Part shown: positions 15,001 to 27,739 of the stretch, one piece after another | Numbering within the stretch: the stretch's first letter is position 1 | How the letters are laid out: each line of letters starts with the position of its first letter | Assembly: GCA_964016885.1 (NCBI GenBank) | Contig: OZ024741.1 | Location: 12,338,001 to 12,402,000, forward strand | Direction: 5' to 3' | Source of the DNA: Eledone cirrhosa | Taxonomy: Eukaryota | Length of the DNA stretch: 64,000 bases | Notes under the pieces: generated by a model | Databases searched by the model: none | Told to the model about the DNA's origin: nothing | Seen by the model: only the letters and a program-made list of their open reading frames with translations | Translations under genes and position numbers: made by a program

Positions 15001-18000
15001 ACAGCTCTGATATTAAGGGTATGTGGTTAGAATGTCTCAGGAGATCAGAGAGTCATTCCAGGTAGATCTGCTACTTCTCCGAATTGAAAGATCACAGCTC
15101 CGATATTACGGGTATTTGGTTAGAACGTCTCAGGAGATCAGAGAGTCATTCCAGGTAGAGCTGCTACTTCTCCAAATTGACAGATTACAGCTCTGATATT
15201 AATGGTATGTGGTTAGAATGTCTCAGGAGATCAGAGAGTCACTCCAGGTAGAGCTGCTACTTCTCCGAATTGAGAGATCACAGCTCTGATATTAAGGGTA
15301 TGAGGTTAGAATGTCTCAGGAGATCAGAGAGTCACTCCAAGTAGAGCTGCTACTTCTCCGAATTGAGAGATCACAGGTCTGATATTAAGGGTATGGGCTT
15401 AGAATATCTCAGGAGATCAGAGATTCACTCCAAGTAGAGCTGCTACTTATCCGAATTGAGAGATCACAGCTCTGATATTAAGGGTATGTGGTTAGAATGT
15501 CTCACGAGATCAGAGAGTCACTCCAGGTAGAGCTGCTACTTCTCCGAATTGAGAGATCACAGCTCTGATATTAATGGTATGTGGTTAGAATGTCTCAGGA
15601 GATCAGAGAGTCATTCCAGGTAGAGCTGCTACTTCTCCGAATTGAGAGATCACAGCTCTGATATTAAGGGTACGTGGTTAGAATATCTCAGGAGATCAGA
15701 GAGTCATTCCAGGTAGATCTGCTACTTCTCCGAATTGAAAGATCACAGCTCTGATATTATGGGTATGTGGTTAGAATGTCTCAGGAGATCAGAGAGTCAT
15801 TCCAGGTAGAGCTTCTACTTCTCCAAATTGACAGATTACAGCTCTGATATTAATGGTATGTGGTTAGAATGTCTCAGGAGATCAGAGAGTCACTCCAGGT
15901 AGAACTGCTACTTCTCCAAATTGAGAGATCACAGCTCTGATATTATGCGTATGTGGTTAGAATGTCTCAGGAGATCAGAGAGTCACTCCAGGTAGAGCGG
16001 CTACTACTCCGAAATGAGAGATTACAGCTCTGATATTAAGGGTATGTGGTTAGAATGTCTCAGGAGATCAGAGAGTCACTCCAAGTAGAGCTGCTACTTC
16101 TCCGACTTGAGAGATCACAGGCTCTCATATTAAGGGTATGTGGTTAGAATGTCTCAGGAGATCAGAGAGTCACTCCAGATAGAGTGGCTACTACTCCGAA
16201 TTGAGAGATTACAGCTCTGATATTAAGGGTATGTGGTTTGAATGTCTCAGGAGATCAGAGAGTCACTCCAGGTAGAGCTGCTACTTCTCCGAATTGAGAG
16301 ATCACAGGTCTGATATTAAGGGTCTGTGGTTAGAATGTCTCAGGAGCTCCGAGATTCACTCCAGGTAAAGCTGCTACTTCTCCGAATTGAGAGATCACCG
16401 CTCTGATATTAAGGGTATGTGGTTAGAATGTCTCAGGAGATCAGAGTGTCATTCCAGGTAAAGCTGCTACTTCTCCGAATTGAGAGATCACAGCTCTGAT
16501 ATTAAGGGTATGTGGTTAGAATGTCTCAGGAGATCAGAGAGTCACTCCAGGTAGAGCTGCTACTTCTCCGACTTGAGAGATCACAGCTCTGATATTAGGG
16601 GTATGTGGTTAGAATGTCTCAGGAGATCAGAGAATCACTCCAGGTAGAGCTGCTACTTCTCCGAATTGAGAGATCACAGCTCTGATATTAAGGGTATATT
16701 GTTAGAATGTCTCAGGAGATCAGAGAGTCACTCCAGGTAGAGCTGCTACTACACTGAATTGAGAGATCACAACTCTGATATTAAGGGTATGTGGTTAAAA
16801 TGTCTCAGAAGATCAGAGAATCATTCCAGATAGAGCTGCTACTTCTCCGAATTGAGAGATCCCAGCTCTGATATTAAGGGTATGTGGTTAGAATATCTCA
16901 GGAAATCAGAGAGTCACTCCAGGTAGAGCTGCTACTTCTCCGAATTGAGAGATCACCGCTCTGATATTAAGGGTATGTGGTTAGAATGTCTCAGAAGATC
17001 AGAGAATCATTCTAGGTAAAGCTGCTACTTCTCAGAATTGAGAGATCACAGCTCTGATATTAGGGGTATGTGGTTAGAATGTCTCAGGAAATCAGAGAGT
17101 CACTCCAGGTAGAGCTGCTACTTCTCTGAATTGAGAGATCACTGCTCTGATATTAAGGGTATGTGGTTAGAATGTCTCAGGGGATCAGAGAGTCATTCCA
17201 GATAGAGCTGCTACTTCTCCGAATTGAGAGATCACAGCTCTGATAGTTAGGGTATGGGGTTAGAATGTCTCAGGAGATCAGAGAGTCACTCCAGATAGAG
17301 CTGCTACTTCTCCGAATTGAGAGATCACAGCTCTGATATTAAGGGTATGTGGTTAGAATGTCTCAGGAGATCAGAGAGTCATTCCAGGTAGAGCTGCTAC
17401 TTCTCCGAATTGAGAGATCCCAGCTCTGATATTAAGGGTATGTGGTTAGAATATCTCAGGAGATCAGAAAGTCACTCCAGGTAGAGCTGCTACTTCTCAG
17501 AATTGAGAGATCACAGCTCTGATATTAAGGGTATGTGGTTAGAATGTCTCAGGAGATTCAGAGAGTCACTCCAGGTAGAGCTGCTACTTCTCCGAATTGA
17601 GAGATCACAGCTCTGATATTAAGGATATGTGGTTAGAATGTCTCAGGAGATCAGAGATTCACTCCAAGTAGAGCTGCGACTTCTCCGAATTGAGAGATCA
17701 CAGCTCTGATATTAAGGGTATGTGGTTAGAATGTCTCAGGAGATCAGAGAGTCATTCCAGATATAGCTGCTACTTCTCCGAATTGAGAGATCACAGCTCT
17801 GATATTAAGGGTATGTGGTTAGAATGTCTCAGGAGGTCAGAGAGTCATTCCAGATAGAGCTGCTACTTCTCCGAATTGAGAGATCACAGCTCTGATATTA
17901 AGGGTATGTGGTTAGAATGTCTCAGGAGATCAGAGAGTCATTCCAGGTAGAGCTGCGACTTCTCCGAATTGAGAGATCACAGCTCTGATATTAAGGGTAT

Positions 18001-18485
18001 GTGGTTAGAATGTCTCAGGAGGTCAGAGAGTCATTCCAGATAGAGCTGCTACTTCTCCGAATTGAGAGATCACAGCTCTGATATTAAGGGTATGTGGTTA
18101 GAATGTCTCAGGAGGTCAGAGAGTCATTCCAGATAGAGCTGCTACTTCTCCGAATTGAGAGATCACAGCTCTGATATTAGGGGTATGTGGTTAGAATGTC
18201 TCAGGAGATCAGAGAGTCATTCCAGGTAGAGCTGCGACTTCTCCGAATTGAGAGATCACAGCTCTGATATTAAGGGTATGTGGTTAGAATGTCTCAGGAG
18301 ATCAGAGAGTCATTCCAGATAGAGCTGCTACTTCTCCGAATTGGGAGATCACAGCTCTGATATTAAGGGTATGAGGTTAGAATGTCTCAGGAGATCAGAG
18401 AGTCATTCCAGATAGAGCTGCTACTTCTCCGAATTGGGAGATCACAGCTCTGATATTAAGGGTATGTGGTTAGAATGTCTCAGGA
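1..18485 (+). repeat. 93-bp tandem satellite (~199 copies, begins before window) derived from RTE-clade LINE ORF2
   Basis: Monomer AGAGATCACAGCTCTGATATTAAGGGTATGTGGTTAGAATGTCTCAGGAGATCAGAGAGTCACTCCAGGTAGAGCTGCTACTTCTCCGAATTG recurs every 93 nt. It translates EIRESLQVELLLLRIERSQL*Y*GYVVRMSQ. Confidence 0.97.
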
Positions 18486-18540
18486 AAGAACCACTGGACA
18501 GATTTTACGGGCAAAACGAACCGACAGGACACCCAGTGGT
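18486..18540 (+). mobile_element. RTE LINE remnant continuing from the last satellite monomer
   Basis: In frame with the last monomer: MSQERTTGQILRAKRTDRTPSG, similar to the dispersed copies at 42.4 kb and 63.9 kb. Confidence 0.75.
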
Positions 18541-18750
18541 GGTGGCCGTGGTACTGGTGGTGGTGGTGGTGATGATGACTTTAACGATAATGATGTGGTT
18601 GGTTCTACTGCTGGAGTTGATGATGGCGGTGGTGGTGGCAGTCGTCGCCTTCGTAATGGTGGTGATGGTGGTGGTGATGGAAATGATGATACTGATGATG
18701 ATGGGGTTGGTTCTACTGTTGCTGATGATTATGATGGTGACGGGGGGGGG
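18536..18750. repeat. GGT/GAT low-complexity tract
   Basis: Degenerate (GGT)n/(GAT)n with a duplicated GGTTGGTTCTACTG motif. Confidence 0.8.
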
Positions 18751-18953
18751 TGCAATGTGAAGCTGGAGGGGAACGTCCTTCTTCAGTCGTGATACTATTG
18801 TCTTTATGTTACATCAATAAAGAAAACTATTTTTTTCAAAGTTAAATTATTTCTCCAGAACAATTATATACGGAAATAATTAGAGGCGTAACGTGTATTA
18901 CTGGTACCTATTTCATCGATATGAAATAGGATTGTGATAAGACCAGCTGAGAT

Positions 18954-19020
18954 AAGAAGGAGAAGAAGAAGAAGAAGAAGAAGAAGAAGAAGAAGAAGAA
19001 GAAGAAGAAGAAGAAGAAGA

Positions 19021-19072
<52 letters not shown>
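18954..19072. repeat. Compound (GAA)n(AAT)n microsatellite
   Basis: Direct reading. Confidence 0.97.
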
Positions 19073-19073
<1 letters not shown>

Positions 19074-21515
19074 GATCCAGAACTCCAAACAGAACCAAAA
19101 GATAATACACAAGACTAACATAATTCTCAAAAACATTATCATCACAAACAAACTAAACATTACTGACTTAAATCATCTCTATTATGCATCGGCTAAAGTC
19201 ACCACTCACTTATGTGGAGTGAAGATGAAAAAACAAAGGAATTCCCACAAGAAATCTACTTGGCAAGAGAACATCAATCGCCAAATAAACCTTCTCCGAT
19301 CTGACATAGAAATTTTAACAAACTATAAAGTAGGTGAACATGTTAAACAAACTAAACTTAGAAAATTGAAAAAAAAGTACAGTATAAAATCAACATGTGA
19401 CATAGACATGCTGATAGAAATAATCAAGCAAAAAGTGTCGACCAAAACTGCTCGTATAAGGCGCTTTGAAAAACGATCTAGATTATATAAAGACAATAAT
19501 ATGTTCAAAAACAACCAAAGAAACTTCTACAGAAAAATTGGTAAGTCAACAATAACTGCTAAATCAATACCACCCAAGGAGGAAGTGCAAGAATTCTGGG
19601 AAAAGATCTGGGCCGAAGAAAAAGTTCATAACATACATGCCCCATGGATAGACAGACAAATGAAAGATACAGCTCACCTCGAGGAACAAATATGGGAAAA
19701 TATAACAGTTGAACAGTTGCGCTTGGCTCTAAGAAAAACCAGCAAATGGAAATCCCCAGGAAAAGACAAAATACAAAACTTTTGGATAAATGCCTTCACA
19801 GAGTCTCATGAGCTGTTAGCCCAACTTTACAATGAAATAGTTACGGAGCCAGAAAAGATACCATCATGGCTAGTTAACGGCATTACATTCCTGCTTCCGA
19901 AGAATGATGAGACAAACAATCCCAAAAATTACAGACCGATAACTTGCTTGACCACAATGTATAAAATTTTAACATCAGTCCTAACTGAGTACATATATGA
20001 CCACCTGATAACAAATGACCTATTTCCCATTGAGCAGAAAGGGTGTAAACGAGGCTCATATGGCTGTAAGGATCAGCTTCTGGTTAACAAAATGATACTG
20101 GAAGATTGTCATAATAGACACAAAAATCTATCGATTGCTTGGATAGATTATAAAAAAGCATTCGATAGTTTGCCACACAGTTGGATTGAAAAATGTTTAG
20201 AGATTTTCAAAATATCCCCCGTTGTCAGGAGGTTTCTGTCATTCTGTCATGAGGACATGGAAAACGACACTCCTTTTGAATAGTGAAACAAAATCACTGG
20301 AAGCTGGAGAAGTTAATATTAATTGTGGAATTTTTCAGGGTGACTCTTTATCACCGCTTTTATTCTGCATCGCACTTATACCATTAAGTAAAATGCTCAA
20401 TGAAACAAAACATGGATATAAAGTCTATGACAAAACCATTAATCACCTGTTCTACATGGATGACCTGAAACTATTTGCAAAAAATGATGAACAATTGCAA
20501 GGGCTATTATCCACTGTGGAGCAGTTCAGTGATGACATTAAAATGGAGTTTGGACTAAATAAATGCGCCAAAGCAACGTTCACCAGAGGAAAGCTGTTGA
20601 AGAGTTCAGACATTAATCTTGATCGGGGGAACGTGATAAGAGAACTTGATCAAGAAAAAATTTACAAATATCTAGGTGTTTGTGAAGGAGACGGAATCAA
20701 GCACTCGACAATGAGGGAAAGGATAAGGAAGGAATGTTACCTCAGAGTAAGAGCAATCTTAAGAACGGAATTGAATGCAAGGAATAGGATCGATGCCATA
20801 AACATGCTTGCCATACCAGTAGTAACCTACAGTTACAATGTCATCAACTGGTCAAGCACAGAGATCCGTAGGCTCGATACAAAAATTCGAAAATTCTTAA
20901 CCATGCACAGAATGCATCACCCTAAGACAGATATAGATAGAATATATCTCCCTAGGAAAGAAGGAGGACGTGGGTTAATCCAGTTAGACATTGCGTTGAA
21001 AACTGCAACAATTGGATTATCTACATATCTAAGGGAATCACATGATTGGATGATCAAACTCGTTTTGAAACACGAAAGCATCCAAAGATCATATTCCATT
21101 ACAAAAGATGCAACATCAACCACCTCCCATACTTGAAAAAGATCACATCTCAATCTTGTGGAACTTTAGCATCCAAACAGACCGAAAAATAGATGCAAAT
21201 AGACCTGATATAATATTGAAGGACTTTAAAAAGAGGTTATGCCTGCTAATTGATATGTCTGTTCCAATAGACAAGAATGTATCTATAAAAACATTTGAAA
21301 AATTGAGCAAGTATAAGGACCTGGAGATAGAAATTGGAAAAATGTGGAAATTGAGAACTAAAACAATACCAGTGATTGTAGGCGCTCTGGGAATGATACC
21401 TAAGGGGGCTAATGATTACATATCGCAAATCCCAGGAAACCCGCGTATAGGAGAAATACAAAAGATAGTACTAATGGGAACTGCCCATATACTAAGGAAG
21501 ATTCTGTCAATATAA
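19073..21515 (+). pseudogene. RT-RLE polyprotein split across three frames
   Basis: ORFs 18934-20283, 20222-21136 and 21108-21515 are colinear parts of one protein. The poly-R/N N-terminus comes from the microsatellite. Confidence 0.88.
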
Positions 21516-21658
21516 GTACATCACAAGTCTAAACACTAAAGATGCATGTGTGAGTATGTATGTTCTTTCTTGAACATGGCGGACCTTGTTGTCTCTTGAG
21601 GTCACTGGTTGTGACTTGGTGATAACTCGTATGAACATAAAGCAAGATAAATGCAACT

Positions 21659-21660
<2 letters not shown>
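19073..21660 (+). mobile_element. R4/Dong-clade non-LTR retrotransposon (RT + restriction-like endonuclease), 5'-truncated and disrupted
   Basis: RT motifs KSPGKD, YRPITCL, DYKKAFDS, QGDSLSPLLF, YMDD. C-terminal RLE ILWNFSIQTDRKIDANRPDII...IDMSVP...EKLSKYKDL. (AAT)n on both sides. Frameshift near 20240 and apparent deletion near 21110. Confidence 0.9.

Positions 21661-21717
<57 letters not shown>
21660..21717. repeat. (TAA)n tract shared by the 3' ends of two LINEs
   Basis: Direct reading. Confidence 0.95.
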
Positions 21718-21719
<2 letters not shown>

Positions 21720-22009
21720 TTTCATTTATTAGCTACAAGGGCCGACATGTAGGGGACAATACAAAGACAGGGACAGTGGGGGTTTACAATGAGGTCGAGT
21801 AAAAGTGCACAATGGCAAGACTAATTTAACAATGAAAATATAAAAGTATAAAATAAACTATGCAAAATATAATATAACAAAATATAACAAAATAAATTCC
21901 CCGATAGGGGGTGGACGACCCTGGGGTGATTCGGGTACCCCACCAATCCTGAACCACCCTGCGCTTCTAGGGCACCCAGGAGAGCACCCCTCTCCTCAAG
22001 TTAGCCAGC

Positions 22010-25000
22010 CTATAGGCGCATGGTCAGAGTAGGCCCATTCACACGAGCCATTCTCGCCACATTCACCCACCTTTTAGCAAATGTACTGGGGGGCAGCACT
22101 TCTCTCTCCACCCTCACCCTCCTTTCCAGGTGAAACTTGAAGAAGTTGATGAGGGATTGGCCGAAGAGAAAAGTGTCTGTCTTTAGTCCTTTCAACCTGG
22201 TCCACCATATAATCTCTTTCGTAACTGCCACCAGACAGAGGAAAATGTCCTGCTCTTCCTGACCTAAGGAAGGTGGCGGCTCGATCTTCACTATGGACTC
22301 GGCCGATAGCCGGATTCGTTCCACACGCGACAGTAGCTGTTCGACATAACTCCACAAGTCAGTAATGCACGGACATTGGACAAGTGCCTGCAGAACGGTT
22401 TCGTCGTTCTGTGCGCATCTGGGGCAGGTCCGTCTGACAGCACTTCCGTGCCTGTAGAGTTTATCCCGAACCGGCAGTGCCCCCCCCGGTAGCACTGCCA
22501 AGCGAGGGATTTCTGGAAATTGTCCATCGTCCCCGGCTCAAAAGTCCTCCGGTACAGACTGGTCAGTTCGACTTCGTCGAGGCCCAAAGCTTCTCCGAGA
22601 GCGTCATCGCACTTGCCCACCACTAATCCTCTATAGAACTCGAGAGTGGAAGTTCCACTGATCGCATTGCCCGCTTGGTAGAGGGCAGTGAGTGCCTGGC
22701 AACATTCCAGGTGCCAGTCACCCAGTCTCGGTCTCTTCTTGACCCAGGACTGCAGCTCAGTCAAAGAAATGAGCTGCGGAAAGGCCCATCTGATAAACGG
22801 CGACCACACCTGTTCACTATTGAGGCAGAATATCTGGAGATGTCGCAGCCTCAACGCATGTCTGCGCATCATTAGCCACGGCATGCCCAGCCCTCCGCGT
22901 AGAGGGTGCTGGCAGCAGATGGACCGCCTCACCAACGGAACTTGTCCCCTCCACAAGAATTTGAAGAGGAGCCATTCCAACTTGACGAGGCGCGGACGGG
23001 GGCAAGGCACGACGGTTAGGCGGTAATAGATGACGGACGCGATGTACGCATTCGCCACCTCCGCGCGACCTTTCAGTGATAGCTTCCTCCCAGCCCATTT
23101 TTGGGTGAGACTGGCTACTCTGCTCGTTACCTCGTCCCAATTCCTTTCCACCTGGAGGTCTGGTCCGAACCAAACCCCGAGCAACTTTACTGGTCCGTCC
23201 GTCCAGCGCCCCACGACGCTGTTGGACGGCATGGGCTTGCCTCTCCAGGTTCCGAGCTGCAAGCCCACCGACTTTTCCGGGTTAAGTTTGGCTCCTGTCA
23301 ACCTTTCATATTCCTTCAATAAGGTGCCGACCACTTCGATTTCTGAGGTGTTCGCCACCATCACGGTGATGTCGTCCGCATAAGCCGACACCGCCCTTCC
23401 ACGTCCCGGTTCGAGCGGGATGCCCTGCAACAGCTCCAGCTTCCGCAGTAAAGGCTCGAGAGTCAATACGTACAGAAGGGAAGAGAGAGGGCACCCTTGA
23501 CGGACCGATCGGGAGAGCCGAAATGGTTCCGAGAGGTGGCGATTAACCTTGACCACCGAGCGTGTGCTGCTGTGCATTGTAACGATCCAGCTTCTAAAGA
23601 CAGGGCCGAAGCCAGCTGCTTTGAGGACAAACTCCAGATACCGATGGTCGACCCTATCGAATGCTTTCGATTGATCTAAACTGATCAGTGCCCCACCCCG
23701 AAGCCAGGTTTACACCCTACCCTCTCTATGATGTATCGCATGAGGTGGAGATTATCGTGTATGGACCTGGCTGGGATTGCGCAAGTTTGCGCCTCCCCAA
23801 CCAAATCCTCGACGACAAGCGCCAATCTCTTTGCTAACACCTTGGCCAAAATCTTAAACTCTGTGTTGAGCAGAGTTATGGGCCTGAAGTTGTCTAATGT
23901 ATCCCTCTTGTTCTCGTCTTTCCTTATCAGCATCACCACTCCCCTGCTCACAGAACTGGGAATACTCCCATTCTGCTGCCAGTTACAGTAGAGTGCTTCG
24001 AGGAGTTCGGAGAACAAGTCTGGCATATTTACGTAAAGCTCGTAGGGCAGGCCATCCAAACCGAGTGACTTGCGCCTCATGCAGCCGACAAGGGCGTCCT
24101 GAATTTCGGCTGAAGTAATCGGCCTTTCGCAGCGCTCAGCGTCGACCATCGAGATGCGCGGCAAGCCGTCAAGGTAGGGACTGAAATCCGCTACTCTCTC
24201 TGACTCGCCACTCTCCCCGAACAACCGAGCAAAGTGCTGGCGAAAGGCCTCACACATCCGCTTGGAATCGCTTATCTCGTGTCCGTCTCGGTCCGCCAAA
24301 GACCGAATTGTGGTTTTGTTACCACACTGCGCCTCCGCCACGCGGGCCCATCGAACAGCTTTAGTTCCCTCGTTTCTCAGCGCACGCGCCTTAGCTCTGA
24401 CAATGCAACCTTCGTGTTTGGCATTGAAGAAATGGTCTAATGCCATTCTCGTCGCTAGCACGTCAGTTGCGATGCCACTACAAATAGCCTCGTCTAACTT
24501 ATCTACCAGCTCCCCCTCCTTTCTATTTTTCTCTAACGCTAGTTCTTTGCTGAACTCTATCGAAGTTACTCTAATCTCTCTTTTGAGAGCCCCCCACCAT
24601 CTGTTGTTGATGATCCCCCTGTCAACTTTTGCTTAACTAACTTATTGACTGGGTCCCTGTAAGCCTTACGTGCCGGAAATGACATGTTCAGCTTCCAGTA
24701 ACCCGGTCCTAACCTACGCGTTTTATTTAGGTCGACCGTACAGATCACAAATTTGTGATCTGAATAGGCGACCGTTTTAAAAAGTAGACAGCCCACACTA
24801 TTTCTATCTATTTTCCTAATGAAGATTCTGTCTATATACGATCTAGATGACCCCATTCGGTTGGTCCATGTCCATACTGGCACATTTGGGGAAATCTAGT
24901 CGATACCTGTCAGACAGTTGGAACTGGCTGAGTAGGTGCTTGAGGCTTTTGCACCCCCCGCTCCTATCGGCTACTCCCACATAATCCCAGCGTGCGTCTA

Positions 25001-25436
25001 AGATGCCATTCCAGTCCCCCGCTAACAGTAAAGGGCGAGACGTACCCAGAAAGGTCTCCAGGCGCCTAAAGAAGTCAGGTCGTCCGGCCCCTGTAGGGGC
25101 GTAGACGGCCAGCAGTCTAAAGGCACCACCTTCGCTACTGCTCACATCCAAGACCACCAACTTACCGTCCGGGTCCCGGAAGATCGACCTTACCTCGAGA
25201 TCCAGTCCTTTCCTAAACAGCACTGCCACCCCACCCCCAATTCCCGGCCTGCTAACAGATGCGAAGATCTGATAGTCGTCGAAAATGGGGGCTAGTGCAC
25301 GTGTGTCGGAAATTCTGGTCTCGCTTACGGCAATCACATCCATTTCCAGCGACCGGAGGTCATTGAGCAGGCGACCCTGCTTCCAGGGTGACCCCAGGCC
25401 GCGAACATTTAAACTTCCTACTCTTAATATGGCCAT
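22010..25436 (-). pseudogene. Tx1 ORF2 (APE endonuclease + reverse transcriptase), several frameshifts
   Basis: SLNVRGL, VSET, GDWN, IDRIF, SDH (APE). GLDGLP, RPITLLN, QGCPLS, YADD (RT). CPRC...ETVLQALVQC. Confidence 0.9.
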
Positions 25437-25445
25437 ATTGGTAAG

Positions 25446-27437
25446 CTAAGAGAGAGAGAGGGAAGGTTTACTTACCTCCCGGGTCTTGTGAAGGTCGGGT
25501 GGTTCGACCTCCATGGTTGGTGGGGTTTCTTTTGGGAACCCCTTTAAAAGTCTTGATGTGGGTTTCACATTCGGGTTTCCCACGTCTTGAGGAAAGCTCT
25601 CTCGAATTTCTTTGAAGGAATTGAGTGACATTCGGACCAGAAGCAAATCTTCTGGCACGCAAAATGTGCTCATTTCAAAAATCTCCCCCTCTGTTTGAAT
25701 GTCCTCGCTTCGCGCTAAGAGGGCCATCAGTTTATCGTTGGCCCTTCTGACAAGCACAAAGTTTTTAACATTTTGTTGGTGTGGTTTTATTTGTTTTCGT
25801 TTTGGTGAAGGTGGTGGCGATGGTTTTGGTGGTGTTGTTTCGGGTATGTCTATGTTTGTTGTAGGTGTAGTGTCTGCAATTTCAGGTATTTGTGTGTTTA
25901 TTTGTACTTGTGTTTGTTTAGGTTGTTTGCGTTTCGGGGATTGTGGAGGTGGTGTCGATGTTGCTGATGGTGCTGATGTTATTGGGGAAGTGTTTGCGTT
26001 AGTGGTGTCTGTATTTTTTGTTGTGTGTGTTTTTGTGTTTTGTTGGGGCTTTTTTTTTTGTGAGTTTTCTCTGTTTTTTTGCACTTTTGGGTTTTCCTTC
26101 ATCTTCGCTGCTGGAAGACAAAGGGTCTGTGTCTGTGAGTGTCTCTGTGTCTGTGTGTGCGTTTATTTTTTTTTTGTCTATGTATATAGTTGGGGGGTGG
26201 GGGTAGGGGGAGTGGGAGAGCTTTCCTCGTTTTCTCCTTGGATTGGTTTTGGTGTTGGTGGTGATCCGTCTGCTTTTGATGTTGGTGTCCGTGTTTTTGT
26301 TGATGTTGTTTTTGGTGGTGGTGGTGGTGCAGCTTTCCGTGCTGACACTGGCGTTGGCAACAAAGGAGGTTTGCGACCCCCTGCATTTTTGCGCTGAGGG
26401 CAGAAGGCTTGAAGATGCGTGGCTTCCCCGCAAACGAAGCAGCGTGGCCTTCTTCCGTCAATCATTAGTTGGATTGTTGTCCCGTCCTGCAGGCGGGCAA
26501 AATCTGGGATGTTATTTATATCCTCCGGTTTCATTTGGAGAAGAATCTCCAAATCCATTCCGGACCAGTCATCTCTCTCTGTCCTTTTGATGTCCAGGAG
26601 GGTGGTGTCTGTCCCCTCCTCGATTACGCATCCCAGCAGCCACCATATGTTCATTCCTGGTGGGATGCTGGGAATGCGTACCTTCACTGTCCTTTTACCC
26701 ATATAGGACGGATGCATGATAATGCGTTCCGTTCTGCAGGGGATCACCGAGTGCTTAATAGCGAGGGCCTCGGATTTGAACAGTACCGAGATGGTACCGA
26801 ACTGTTTGCCTCTTGCTTTGTACTCTATGTTACTTCCGATGTACTCCAAAGCAGCCTCTACCTCTGCTTGGCTCACAAGTTCCACTTTTCGTGTCTGCAC
26901 CGAAATACATCGAAAGAGCACCGTCCTCCTTTGCATGGCCGCTATTGCCTCGTCCGTGATGGTCAGGTTTGCCCAGGACTTCTCCCGTTTAATTAGCCTC
27001 CACGCTTTGGCCAACTGTTCGTCTTTATCGCTAATATCAATATCGATATTCAATAAGCGCTTTGTTTTTGCTGCTGCTGCTGCAGCAAATGTGGTGTTTC
27101 TGATGCTCTTATTGTTGTTGTTGTCATTCTTGCTGTTGCCACCGCCATCCTTGTTTACATTGAAGCTGTCGGTGTTTTTGTCGTTATTGCTCTGAGTTGT
27201 TGTTGTTGTTGTGGTGGTGGTGGTGGTGGTGGCGGTGGTGGTGATGTCGTTTTCAGATGATACTGCTGCTATGCCAGAAGGTTGTGATGGTAGCTTTTTA
27301 GTTTTGCCTTCACATTCAGTAGAGTGGATGACAGGCATGACTGTAGCCGTCGTAGTCGTGGTGGTGAAATCTGCAGTGGCTGCCTTTAAACTTTTGACCT
27401 GAACGTTGTTTACCGTTTCAAGGTCGAAAATTTCCAT
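25446..27437 (-). pseudogene. Tx1 ORF1 (gag-like nucleic-acid-binding protein), frameshifted
   Basis: CFVCGEATHLQAFC zinc knuckle and Pro/Thr/Lys-rich tail. Frames 27437-26178, 26433-25999 and 26102-25446 appear to join at homopolymer runs. Confidence 0.8.
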
Positions 27438-27700
27438 AATTTTCTTTGGGTGGGGAAGCGATTTTTTTCGAAGATTTTAAAAAATAAATCTGAATATTCG
27501 GGCTTAAAGCCCGAATATTGAGAGGTATCCCTCTCTTTAAATCAAGATGTGTACCTTAAAAAAAAAACACTTTAAAACAGCTTAAAGCTACGAACCTTTT
27601 CCCCCCGCAGACTTGTCTGTCTTCACACATGTGCATGGAACAATTTATGATAATAATAATAATAATAAGAAGAAGAATGTTGGCCAGGAGAAGTTTCAAG

Positions 27701-27739
<39 letters not shown>

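Larger units (their letters stand above)
21718..27647 (-). mobile_element. Tx1/L1-clade LINE, near full length (5' UTR, ORF1, ORF2, 3' UTR)
   Basis: ORF1 carries a CCHC knuckle. ORF2 carries APE, RT and a C-terminal zinc-finger-like motif. Minus-strand AATAAA at ~21726-21731 precedes an (ATT)n tail. Confidence 0.92.

Noticed and set aside
1-18485. CRISPR array or repetitive protein gene
   Set aside because: No unique spacers. The monomer has stops in the LINE frame and the ORF track shows nothing across the array.
18934-19072. Poly-Arg/Asn N-terminus of the RT ORF
   Set aside because: Flanking microsatellite in frame with a 5'-truncated element.
22675-27402. Plus-strand ORFs over the Tx1 element
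   Set aside because: Antisense shadows of ORF1/ORF2 with no recognisable motifs.
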